Position numbers and translations under genes: made by a program | Part shown: positions 28,590 through 36,680 of the stretch, one piece after another | How the letters are laid out: every line of letters begins with the position of its first letter | How positions within the stretch are numbered: the stretch's first letter is position 1 | Notes under the pieces: generated by a model | Seen by the model: only the letters and a program-made list of their open reading frames with translations | The model's database searches: none | Told to the model about the DNA's origin: nothing | Source: Verrucomicrobiota bacterium | Lineage (GTDB): Bacteria > Verrucomicrobiota > Verrucomicrobiia > Limisphaerales > Palsa-1400 | Direction: 5' to 3' | Assembly (NCBI GenBank): GCA_049510745.1 | Contig: JBEKYR010000014.1 | Coordinates: 50,669 to 114,668 of the forward strand | Length of the DNA: 64,000 bases

Positions 28590-28739
28590 GTTTCCTTTCA
28601 GTCTCGTTGCCGTCCGCGGCCGCGGACGGGTTGCGCTCGCGAGCCCGCGAGCCGACGATTTACTTTGTTTATGTTGTGTGCTTCATCTCCTGTGGCTCGA
28701 CGGAAATGAAAGGGTTCACTCTCCTGATTTCTCGACGGG

Positions 28740-29252
28740 CTAACCGCCCTTGTCCACCCGCGCCTGCAGGACGCGGGCCAATTGTGTTGCCGGCGCGTTG
28801 AGCACCGCCGCCAGCCCGGTCGCCGGCGCCAGCAGCACTCCCATCAGTTTGCCCCGCAGGACATCCAGCGACGGCAAATCGGCCAGGGCGAGGATGTCGG
28901 CGCTTTCCAGGCGCTGGTTTTTCAAATAACCGAACCGGATTTTGGGCTTCTCAAATTCCGCGCTGAACGTCTTGACCACCTTGGCGGCCGAGGCCACGTC
29001 GCGCTGGCCGGTGACGACGGCCAATTGGCCGTTGAGCCAGGCGCCCAAGTCGGCCACCCCGGCTTCCTTGGCCGCCAGGCGGAAGATGGAATTCTTGACG
29101 ACACGCATTTCCGCCCCCGCCTTGTGCAGGCGTTTGCGCAACTCGGTGATCGGCCCGACCTTGAGGCCGCGATAATCGACGATAATAAAATAGGGCGAGG
29201 CGTTGAGCCGGGCCAGGTATTCGCTGCTGATGATTTGTTTTTCGGCGCGCAT
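28740..29252 (-). CDS. rplJ: 50S ribosomal protein uL10
   Basis: VDYRGLKV, VVKNSIF; conserved position in the cluster. Confidence 0.95.
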   Translation of the reverse strand: MRAEKQIISSEYLARLNASPYFIIVDYRGLKVGPITELRKRLHKAGAEMRVVKNSIFRLAAKEAGVADLGAWLNGQLAVVTGQRDVASAAKVVKTFSAEFEKPKIRFGYLKNQRLESADILALADLPSLDVLRGKLMGVLLAPATGLAAVLNAPATQLARVLQARVDKGG

Positions 29253-29265
29253 GGTGTCTTTTGGG

Positions 29266-29964
29266 TTAGGCCGCGGCCAGGAACTCGCGCACGTCCACCC
29301 GCACCGGCGGGCTCATCGTCGCGGAAATGGTGCAACTGTGGATAAACGTCCCCTTGGCGCTGGCCGGTTTGGCTTTGGCCACCGCCTCGATCACCGCCCG
29401 CCCGTTCTCCACCAATTGGATCGGCGCAAACGAGGCCTTGCCTATCGGAACATGGATGTTCCCGCCCTTGTCGATCTTGAATTCGACCCGCCCCGCCTTG
29501 ACTTCCTTGACCGCTTTGGCGGTGTCCGGCGTCACGGTGCCTGTTTTGGGATTGGGCATCAATCCCCGCGGCCCAAGCGCTTTGCCCAGTTTGCGCACCT
29601 CGGACATCGCGTCCGGCGTGGCGATGGCCACGTCGAAATCCGTCCACCCTTCCGTGCATTTCTGGATCAAATCCTCAAAGCCGACAAATTCCGCCCCGGC
29701 GGCGCGCGCCGCATCGGCGGCGGGGCCGGGCTTGGCAAAGACCAGCACGCGCACGGTCTTGCCGCTGCCGTGCGGCAGGGGGACGGTGCCGCGGACCATC
29801 TGGTCGGATTGCTTGGGATCGACTCCCAATTTGAAGGCCATGTCCACGGTTTCGTTGAACTTGGCTTTGGGAAATTTTCCGAGAATTTCCACGGCCGACG
29901 GCAGCGGATAGAGCTTGCCGGTTTGGACTAATTGGCGCGCTTTTTTGTAACGTTTGCTTGGCAT
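29266..29964 (-). CDS. rplA: 50S ribosomal protein uL1
   Basis: DQMVRGTVPLPHGSGK, LGPRGLMPNPKTGTVT. Confidence 0.98.
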   Translation of the reverse strand: MPSKRYKKARQLVQTGKLYPLPSAVEILGKFPKAKFNETVDMAFKLGVDPKQSDQMVRGTVPLPHGSGKTVRVLVFAKPGPAADAARAAGAEFVGFEDLIQKCTEGWTDFDVAIATPDAMSEVRKLGKALGPRGLMPNPKTGTVTPDTAKAVKEVKAGRVEFKIDKGGNIHVPIGKASFAPIQLVENGRAVIEAVAKAKPASAKGTFIHSCTISATMSPPVRVDVREFLAAA

Positions 29965-29973
29965 TGTGTTTCA

Positions 29974-30015
29974 GCGGTGCAAACGAGTCCCGCCCGCGGG
30001 CGCAGACTCTCCCGC
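29974..30015 (-). promoter_or_regulatory. Probable L1-binding autoregulatory RNA structure in the rplK-rplA spacer
   Basis: The minus strand reads GCGGGAG-AGTC...GACT-CGTTTGC-ACCGC. This resembles the GTGGGAG...ACCAC L1 sites found before rplA in several phyla. Confidence 0.6.
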
Positions 30016-30021
30016 GTTGGC

Positions 30022-30447
30022 TTATTCCTGGACTTCGATCCCCATGCTGCGGGCGGTGCCCGCAATGACCCGGAACCCGGCTTCTTCGGAGGTCGAGTTC
30101 AAATCTTTCATCTTGAGTTTGACAATTTCCAGCACCTGTTTGCGGGTGACTTTGCCCACCTTGTCCTTGTTCGGGACCTTCGAGCCGGAAGCGATGCCGG
30201 CGGCCTTCTTGAGCAGGACGGCGGCCGGCGGCGACTTGGTGATGAAGGTAAAGGACTTGTCCTGATAGACGGTAATGACCACCGGAATGATCAGCCCGGC
30301 CTGCTCCTTGGTGGCCGCGTTGAACTCCTTGCAAAACCCCATGATGTTGACGCCTTGCTGGCCCAACGCCGGCCCCACCGGCGGCGCCGGGTTGGCCTGT
30401 CCGGCCGGAATCTGCAATTTAATCTGGCCCGTAATCTTTTTTGCCAT
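30022..30447 (-). CDS. rplK: 50S ribosomal protein uL11
   Basis: [24 protein letters not shown]. Confidence 0.98.
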   Translation of the reverse strand: MAKKITGQIKLQIPAGQANPAPPVGPALGQQGVNIMGFCKEFNAATKEQAGLIIPVVITVYQDKSFTFITKSPPAAVLLKKAAGIASGSKVPNKDKVGKVTRKQVLEIVKLKMKDLNSTSEEAGFRVIAGTARSMGIEVQE

Positions 30448-30453
30448 AAAAAA

Positions 30454-31005
30454 CTATGCTTTCTCCACCTGCCAATACTCCAGTTCGACCGGCGTATTGC
30501 GCCCGAAAATGTTCACGGTGACCTTGAGTTTGCCGCGCTCCGGCTCAATCTCCTCAATCACCCCGCTGAAATTCAGAAACGGCCCGTCATTGATCTTGAC
30601 CGTCTCCCCCACGTCAAAATGCACCTTCGGCTTCTCCGTCTCTTCCGACTCCGTTATTTGCGCCTTGATCGTCGCTATCTCGTCCGGCGTCACCGCCATC
30701 GGACGGTCCCCGCCCACAATGCCGATTTTTCCCGGCGTGTCCTGGATGAAATACCAGGGCCGCTCCATGATCCGGTTGTTCTCGTCCAGCAGCACCATGT
30801 CGATATAGACATAGCCGGGATGCAGCTTGCGGCTGGTCACCGTTTTCTTGCCCCCGCGCACATCGACCACCTTCTCCACCGGCACGAGCACTTCCTTGAT
30901 ATACTCGCCCATCTCCTCGGCTTTGAGGCGCTTTTCAATGTTCTCTTTGACCTTCTGCTCCTGTCCGGACAAAGTATGTATGACAAACCACTGGCTCTTT
31001 GGCAT
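30454..31005 (-). CDS. nusG: Transcription termination/antitermination factor NusG
   Basis: WFVIHTLSGQE and KOW domain GETVKINDGPF...IFGRNTPVEL. Start reassigned to MPKSQW. Confidence 0.97.
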   Translation of the reverse strand: MPKSQWFVIHTLSGQEQKVKENIEKRLKAEEMGEYIKEVLVPVEKVVDVRGGKKTVTSRKLHPGYVYIDMVLLDENNRIMERPWYFIQDTPGKIGIVGGDRPMAVTPDEIATIKAQITESEETEKPKVHFDVGETVKINDGPFLNFSGVIEEIEPERGKLKVTVNIFGRNTPVELEYWQVEKA

Positions 31006-31015
31006 TAGAAAATCC

Positions 31016-31273
31016 TCAAACAATGAGTTTCAGCAGCCACGCCACCGTCAAATCGACCGCCACGGTGAAGCCGCCCAGCAAGGCGACCGACACCATCACC
31101 ACCGCCGTCGAGCCGGTCAATTCATCCCAGGTTGGCCAGGTGCATTTCTTGAGCTCGTCCTGCGTCTCGCGGAAATAGCCGGAGAGGCGCAGGAACGCAC
31201 CCTGCCGCCAAAGCAGCGTGAACACCGTCATGGCGATCACGATCCCAATTATGATTGGCAAATAATCTCTCAT
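31016..31273 (-). CDS. secE: Preprotein translocase subunit SecE
   Basis: ELKKCTWPT motif plus TM helices, upstream of nusG. Start MRDYLP. Confidence 0.93.
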   Translation of the reverse strand: MRDYLPIIIGIVIAMTVFTLLWRQGAFLRLSGYFRETQDELKKCTWPTWDELTGSTAVVMVSVALLGGFTVAVDLTVAWLLKLIV

Positions 31274-31288
31274 CTCGTTTCCTCTTTT

Positions 31289-31378
31289 TGGCGGAGGGGG
31301 AGGGATTCGAACCCCCGGTGCGGTTGCCCGCACAACGGTTTTCAAGACCGTCGCATTAGACCACTCTGCCACCCCTCC
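31289..31378 (-). tRNA. tRNA-Ser (anticodon TGA)
   Basis: GGAGGGGTGGCAGAGTGG...ACGGT-CTTGAAA-ACCGT, long variable arm, GGTTCGAATCC, encoded CCA. Confidence 0.95.
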
Positions 31379-31410
31379 GGTCGCAACCCCTCGACTCTCG
31401 TTGCCCCGAG

Positions 31411-31486
31411 TGGCAGGGCGGGAGGGACTCGAACCCCCAACCGACGGTTTTGGAGACCGCTACTCTACCAATTGAGCTACCGCCCT
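31411..31486 (-). tRNA. tRNA-Trp (anticodon CCA)
   Basis: AGGGCGGTAGCTCAATTGG...GCGGT-CTCCAAA-ACCGT...GGTTCGAGTCC...GCCA, 76 nt. Confidence 0.96.
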
Positions 31487-31563
31487 TCACCCCGAGCAGT
31501 CCCTCAGCCAACCGGCAGGAGCGCCTTGCCCTCCTGCCGCAAAATTCCAGCTACACGCACAAC

Positions 31564-32754
31564 TCAAGCCACAATGTCAGACACTCGGCCCGCCCCGATC
31601 GTTCGACCCCCTTCGCGGATGGCGAACCGCTGCCCTTTTTCCATCGCCACAGGCGCGATCAATTCGATATCGACCGACACGTTGTCGCCCGGCATCACCA
31701 TCTCCACTCCCTGGGCCAGCTTCACCGTGCCCGTCACGTCGGTCGTCCGAAAATAGAACTGCGGCCGGTAATTGGTGAAGAACGGCGTGTGCCGCCCACC
31801 CTCGTCCTTGGACAGAACGTACACTTCCGCCTTGAATTTGGTGTGCGGTGTGATGGTCCCCGGCTTGGCCAGAACCATCCCCCGCTCGACTTCATCCTTC
31901 TTGGTGCCGCGCAGGAGCACGCCCACGTTGTCCCCGGCGCTGGCCTTGTCCAGCAGCTTGCGGAACATCTCAATGTCCGTCGCCACCGTCTTGCGCGTCT
32001 CCTTCAAGCCGACGATCTCGACATCCGACATCTTGTTCAATTCGCCCCGCTCGACACGGCCCGTCACGACCGTGCCGCGGCCTTCAATGTTGAACACGTC
32101 TTCGATGCACATCAGGAACGGCTTGTCAACCTCGCGCGTGGGCAGCGGGATGAACACGTCAATGGCTTCCATCAATTCCTGGATGGCATCTTCGCCAGCC
32201 TTGTCCCCGGCCATCGCCGCTTTGGCGCTGCCGCGGATGACGGGCGTCTTTTCGCCGGGGAACTCATATTTAGTCAGCAGGTCGCGGACTTCCATTTCGA
32301 CCAAATCCAGCAATTCCTTGTCATCCACGAGGTCAACCTTGTTCAGGAAAACCACAATGGCCGGCACACCCACTTGACGGGCCAAGAGCACGTGCTCCTT
32401 GGTCTGGGGCATCGGGCCTTCCGAGGCATCCACCACGAGGATGGCCCCGTCCATCTGCGCCGCGCCAGTAATCATGTTCTTGATGAAGTCGGCATGCCCC
32501 GGACAGTCAATGTGGGCATAGTGGCGTTTGTCGCTCTGGTATTCCACGTGGGAAACCGCGATCGTCAGAGTTTTGGTTTCATCCCGTACCGTCCCACCCT
32601 TGGTGATTTCGGCATAGGAAATCGGCGTCGCCAGGCCCTTCTTGGCCTGCACCTTGACAATCGCGGCCGTCAAAGTGGATTTGCCGTGATCAATGTGGCC
32701 GATGGTGCCGACATTGACGTGAGGTTTGGTACGTTGAAAGGCTTCTTTTGCCAT
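31564..32754 (-). CDS. tuf: Elongation factor Tu
   Basis: [32 protein letters not shown]. Confidence 0.99.
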   Translation of the reverse strand: MAKEAFQRTKPHVNVGTIGHIDHGKSTLTAAIVKVQAKKGLATPISYAEITKGGTVRDETKTLTIAVSHVEYQSDKRHYAHIDCPGHADFIKNMITGAAQMDGAILVVDASEGPMPQTKEHVLLARQVGVPAIVVFLNKVDLVDDKELLDLVEMEVRDLLTKYEFPGEKTPVIRGSAKAAMAGDKAGEDAIQELMEAIDVFIPLPTREVDKPFLMCIEDVFNIEGRGTVVTGRVERGELNKMSDVEIVGLKETRKTVATDIEMFRKLLDKASAGDNVGVLLRGTKKDEVERGMVLAKPGTITPHTKFKAEVYVLSKDEGGRHTPFFTNYRPQFYFRTTDVTGTVKLAQGVEMVMPGDNVSVDIELIAPVAMEKGQRFAIREGGRTIGAGRVSDIVA

Positions 32755-32814
32755 AATCTCCTGCTTCTTTTTTTAGTTAAAATCCGCTGCGATATTCATT
32801 TCGGTTCCGTTATC

Positions 32815-32890
32815 TGGAGCCCATGATCAGGATTGAACTGATGACCTCGTCCTTACCAAGGACGCGCTCTGCCGACTGAGCTACATGGGC
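32815..32890 (-). tRNA. tRNA-Thr (anticodon GGT)
   Basis: GCCCATGTAGCTCAG...CGTCC-TTGGTAA-GGACG...GTTCAATC...TCCA, 76 nt. Confidence 0.96.
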
Positions 32891-33022
32891 AAAAGCCAAA
32901 TTTATCATTCTGGCATCCTGACCGTGCGAAACGACAAAACCCCATTACCCCTGCCTTCCCCCGCTTTTGGCGGGGCGACTTCGGGGCTAATGGTTCCTGT
33001 TTTCCACCCGATAACTTTCACA

Positions 33023-33051
33023 AAACTACGGTGGGTCGCCAAACCTGTCAA
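33023..33051 (-). promoter_or_regulatory. Sigma70-type promoter of the tRNA-Thr-tuf cluster
   Basis: TTGACA-17 bp-TAGTTT on the minus strand. Confidence 0.7.
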
Positions 33052-33226
33052 CGGCTTTTTTGAGCTTTTTTTCCATCCCGATCCGGCGGCTTTTTCGGAC
33101 ACGGGCAGGGATGGAGTTTTCCGCTCCACCCCTCCCTCCGGACCGACGGGCCGGTTTCCCCCATCCGGCTCTCCTGTCATTATCCCGGCCTGCTCTTTTA
33201 ACTCGCAGTTTGGCGGCGCGATCGTT

Positions 33227-34354
33227 ATGCTTCCCGCCAGCTTGAACCGAACTACCCACGGCTTTGAAGCGAGCCTCTTCCACCCGGATTTGGGAACCGA
33301 GCCGGTCGGCGGGAGAATACTGGTTGGCCGCACCCAGTTGCAGTTTCAGTCAGAGGCGCTTTCCACGGATATTCCTCTGGCGGCTCTCGAAGTGGAATTT
33401 GAGCGCGCCGGCAAGGGGATTTTTTTTAACGACGCAACGCGCCCCGAGGTGAAAATCTTCACCCTGGATCAATCCATTCTGCGGCACCCGGCCATCCGGT
33501 CCCATCCCCAGGTCGCGCCCGTCCTCGCCCGGCGCGAATTGACCCGCGCCCTCCGCCTGACGCTCTATTTCGCCGCCGGTTGCGTGCTGGTTGTATGGCT
33601 TGGATCGCTGGCCATGAGCGCGATGGCCCGCGCCATTGCGGCGAGGGTCCCGATGGCATGGGAGCAAAAGATCGGCGCCCGGAAAATTGATGAGCTGCGC
33701 AAAAGCGGCATGCTGCTCGATGACTCGAACGACGTCGCGCAACTGACCGCTCTCGCCGCGCCGCTCATCCAGGCTTTGCCCACCGGCCGGCGCGATCTGA
33801 AGTTCTACGTCTTGGACGATCCCGCGCCCAACGCCTTTGCCCTCCCCGGCGGGCACGTGGTTGTCAACGCCGGCTTGCTGCGAATGGCCGATCAGCCCGA
33901 AGAGCTTCTCGGCGTGCTCGCCCATGAACTGGCCCACCAAACTAAACGGCACGCCATCCGCCGCGGCCTCGCCGCTGCCGGCCCTCTGGTGATTTTCGGC
34001 CTGTTCCTCCATAGCGACAGCGGAATGGGAAACCTCCTCGCGCTCGGTTCGGGGCTGATGGTTTTTCAGGGGTTTTCGCAGGATTACGAGACGGAAGCCG
34101 ATGATACGGGCTGGAGTTATCTCGTCGCGGCGAATATCGATCCCCGCGGCATGATCCGGGCCTTCCAAAAGCTGGAGGCGGCGGAAGGAAAACTCGGATT
34201 GCGCGCCCTCGCGCCGCAGGCCTTTCAAAGCCACCCGGCCACTGAAAAACGCATCGCCCGGCTTCAAAACAAATGGAAAAAGCTCGCCCGCAAATCCGAT
34301 TTCCTGAACCTGGCCCCCGTGAAATGGTCCCTCAAGAAAACTCTCACCAATTGA
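33227..34354 (+). CDS. M48 family metallopeptidase, membrane anchored
   Basis: PNAFALPGG, AHELAH (HExxH), FSQDYETEAD, SHPATEKRI. Start uncertain. Confidence 0.88.
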   Translation: MLPASLNRTTHGFEASLFHPDLGTEPVGGRILVGRTQLQFQSEALSTDIPLAALEVEFERAGKGIFFNDATRPEVKIFTLDQSILRHPAIRSHPQVAPVLARRELTRALRLTLYFAAGCVLVVWLGSLAMSAMARAIAARVPMAWEQKIGARKIDELRKSGMLLDDSNDVAQLTALAAPLIQALPTGRRDLKFYVLDDPAPNAFALPGGHVVVNAGLLRMADQPEELLGVLAHELAHQTKRHAIRRGLAAAGPLVIFGLFLHSDSGMGNLLALGSGLMVFQGFSQDYETEADDTGWSYLVAANIDPRGMIRAFQKLEAAEGKLGLRALAPQAFQSHPATEKRIARLQNKWKKLARKSDFLNLAPVKWSLKKTLTN

Positions 34355-35669
34355 ACCAGCCCAGTTTTTGTTTGCTGGCGTTATAGAAGAGTCCCAGTAG
34401 GCGCATCGTGACCGTCAGCAGATAAACACTCAGCAGCGCCCACACCGCCTGGATTCCCACGGCCGCAAAAAACGTGTTCTTGTCATGGGTCCTCAGCGCG
34501 ACCCTTCCCAGGCCGCCCGATAACAGGCTCCCTAGCTGGCGGATTCCGATCACTCCCAGAAACAGGACGGCGGTGACAGAGTATTTCAGCGGAACTTTCA
34601 CCATCGCCGGGATGACGACCAGGGGGTTGGCTGCCAGGACGGAGTCTTTCATCGCTACGGCCAGCAATGCCATCGGAAAATAAACTCCTCCAAGAATCAC
34701 GCTCCCAAGAATGGCCTCCGACGGAACCTCCACCCCGCGCAACTTCGCAATTACGAGTCCGATGGCCAGCCAAAACGACGCCACGACTGTGCCGCCCAGT
34801 TGAAAGGCGGCCCCGATGAGGCTGCTCACGTCGGGAAAACACAAAGACGCATTTTCATCCGACGTCGTAGTCAATATGATGTTCTGCATGAACAAAAAGA
34901 CAAATCCGTAAAGCGCAATTTTGATGAAGAATCCGAAAATGCTGCCGCTAAGGAAGTTCAGCGCCGCAAACGCGATCGTGGCGCAAACCAGAATGACTAT
35001 CCCCGCGCCTTTGAACGGATACAGAAACGCGCCGGGCAGCTTCGCGTAAAATCCCTGGGTGGGCGCCGGCCGGAATTGGAACGGAACAACCTCCTCCCCG
35101 CAGGTGCGGCACGTCCGCGCCGTCCGGCCCATTGTCTCCGTCAACTGGATGCACAAATCGCAATATGCGCGGTTGCATTTGTCGCACAAAAAACGGGCCG
35201 GCGATTTCGGATGATATTTGCAGAACCTCGTCCCTGTCAACAATTCTGGGGCGGTTTCCGTCGTGCCTGCCGTCGCCGCCGGCGATTCGAGGACTGCGGC
35301 CGCAGGCGGCGCCGCGGCCCTTGCGGCCATTCTGATCGGCGGCGGCAACGGCGGCGATGCGACCGCGGCGGCTGGCGCGGCTGTCCCGGAGTAATAAGTC
35401 ATTTCCACGCCGCCCAGCCGTATCGCTTTGCCATCCTCAAGATTTCGCTCCTGAATGCGCGACCCGCCGACAAACGTGCCGTTGGTGGAACCCAAGTCCC
35501 TCAGCACCACCGCACTGTCGCTGACCCAAACCTGGCAATGCGACCCGGACACGCTCGGATCATTGATTTTGAAATCATTCGCGTCGCTTCGGCCCAGCGA
35601 ATTCGCCCCCGGCTTGAGCTGGATTTCCCAGGCCTGCGGCGTTCCAGGATTGACTACCAGACAGCTCAT
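34344..35669 (-). CDS. FHA-domain protein with a B-box-like Zn finger and a multi-TM C-terminus
   Basis: FHA motifs LGRS, SVSGSHC, DLGSTNGTFV. CKYHP...CDKC...CDLC...CRTC cluster, then hydrophobic helices. Confidence 0.82.
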   Translation of the reverse strand: MSCLVVNPGTPQAWEIQLKPGANSLGRSDANDFKINDPSVSGSHCQVWVSDSAVVLRDLGSTNGTFVGGSRIQERNLEDGKAIRLGGVEMTYYSGTAAPAAAVASPPLPPPIRMAARAAAPPAAAVLESPAATAGTTETAPELLTGTRFCKYHPKSPARFLCDKCNRAYCDLCIQLTETMGRTARTCRTCGEEVVPFQFRPAPTQGFYAKLPGAFLYPFKGAGIVILVCATIAFAALNFLSGSIFGFFIKIALYGFVFLFMQNIILTTTSDENASLCFPDVSSLIGAAFQLGGTVVASFWLAIGLVIAKLRGVEVPSEAILGSVILGGVYFPMALLAVAMKDSVLAANPLVVIPAMVKVPLKYSVTAVLFLGVIGIRQLGSLLSGGLGRVALRTHDKNTFFAAVGIQAVWALLSVYLLTVTMRLLGLFYNASKQKLGWFNW

Positions 35670-35724
35670 GGTTGGCGCTCTCGGCTTTGACTTCAAACGA
35701 AGTCTTACCGGATCGCCGGGCCGT

Positions 35725-35826
35725 TGTCACCAAAAAAATCGAGCCCATCAAGGGCCGACGGGCGTATCCCGGTTTTTGGACCTCCTGCGACCTTGTCCGA
35801 TTCCTGCCAAAAACTGAAATGCGCGC
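35725..35826. repeat. Partial copy C of the MITE-like family
   Basis: About 65 bp (35752-35816) are highly similar to about 19203-19267. It ends CCAAAAACTGAAATGCGCGC like the family right end. The left end is unclear. Confidence 0.7.
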
Positions 35827-35835
35827 TTTTCCCGC

Positions 35836-35864
35836 TTGACATACATCGCAACGCAATGTATTGT
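35836..35864 (+). promoter_or_regulatory. padR promoter with an overlapping inverted-repeat operator
   Basis: TTGACA-17-TATTGT. The palindrome ATACATCGC-AAC-GCAATGTAT (35841-35861) fills the spacer. Confidence 0.75.
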
Positions 35865-35870
35865 GTCGCT

Positions 35871-36203
35871 ATGCTGACTAAAGAACTTGTGGCGGCCTCC
35901 ACCGAGCCGTTGATTTTGTCCCTCCTGGCCGGCGGCGAGAGCTACGGTTATGCCCTGATTCAGGAAGTGAAACGGCTTTCCGGGGACAAGATCGAATGGA
36001 CCGACGGGATGCTTTACCCGGTGTTGCACCGAATGGAACAGCGGGGGTTGATCAAGTCGCGCTGGGGCGAAAGCGAGACCGGGCGGAAACGCAAATACTA
36101 CTCGCTTAAAAGGGACGGGAAAACGGCGATGGCCAGGCACCACGAACAATGGTCGCTGGTTCATGGCGTTTTGTCCGGCCTGCGAAAGGAGCAATATGTT
36201 TGA
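35871..36203 (+). CDS. PadR family transcriptional regulator
   Basis: ESYGYALIQEV, GMLYPVLHRME, GRKRKYYSL. Confidence 0.92.
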   Translation: MLTKELVAASTEPLILSLLAGGESYGYALIQEVKRLSGDKIEWTDGMLYPVLHRMEQRGLIKSRWGESETGRKRKYYSLKRDGKTAMARHHEQWSLVHGVLSGLRKEQYV

Positions 36204-36642
36204 CCTCGAAAAATCAATCGCGGAATGGCGGAAACAAATGCTGGCAGCCGGAATCAAAACTCCCGTGCCGCTGGAAGAATTGGAAGGCCATCTGCGCGAC
36301 GACGTGGAACAACAGGTCCGGTCGGGATTGAACGCGCAACAAGCTTTTGAAAATTCGGTCCGGCGGATCGGCCAGGCCGACAAGCTCAAAAGCGAATTCA
36401 AGAAAACTTGCGGAGCGAACGGCAGCGTTTGGTTATGGATCGGCCCCCTCCCGTTGGCTGGCACGCTCATTCTGAATCTGGCCGGGCTGTTTGTATTTCA
36501 CAGAAGCTCGTCAGTTTTTTTCTCGGATCAGTGGTGGTCTGATTGGTTCCCAAATTATGTCGTTTGGGCAAGCTTCACCGGCATTGCCATAGCCGTCAGC
36601 TTTGCCAACTGGAGATCGCAGCGCAAGGCAACCAGACAGTAA
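36196..36642 (+). CDS. Small membrane protein with an N-terminal permease-prefix-type domain
   Basis: MFDLEKSIAEWR...LEELEGHLRDDVE...AFENSVRRIG followed by two TM segments. Overlaps padR. Confidence 0.75.
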   Translation: MFDLEKSIAEWRKQMLAAGIKTPVPLEELEGHLRDDVEQQVRSGLNAQQAFENSVRRIGQADKLKSEFKKTCGANGSVWLWIGPLPLAGTLILNLAGLFVFHRSSSVFFSDQWWSDWFPNYVVWASFTGIAIAVSFANWRSQRKATRQ

Positions 36643-36680
36643 AACCGGGAGGCGATGCGCCCGGTGAATGGAGCAAATCA

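Noticed and set aside
31274..31372. N-terminal extension of SecE in the ORF track
   Set aside because: It is read-through of the tRNA-Ser gene; the true start is 31273.
33008..33025. Second Rex-like site near the tuf promoter
   Set aside because: Only one half-site (TTCACAA) is present.
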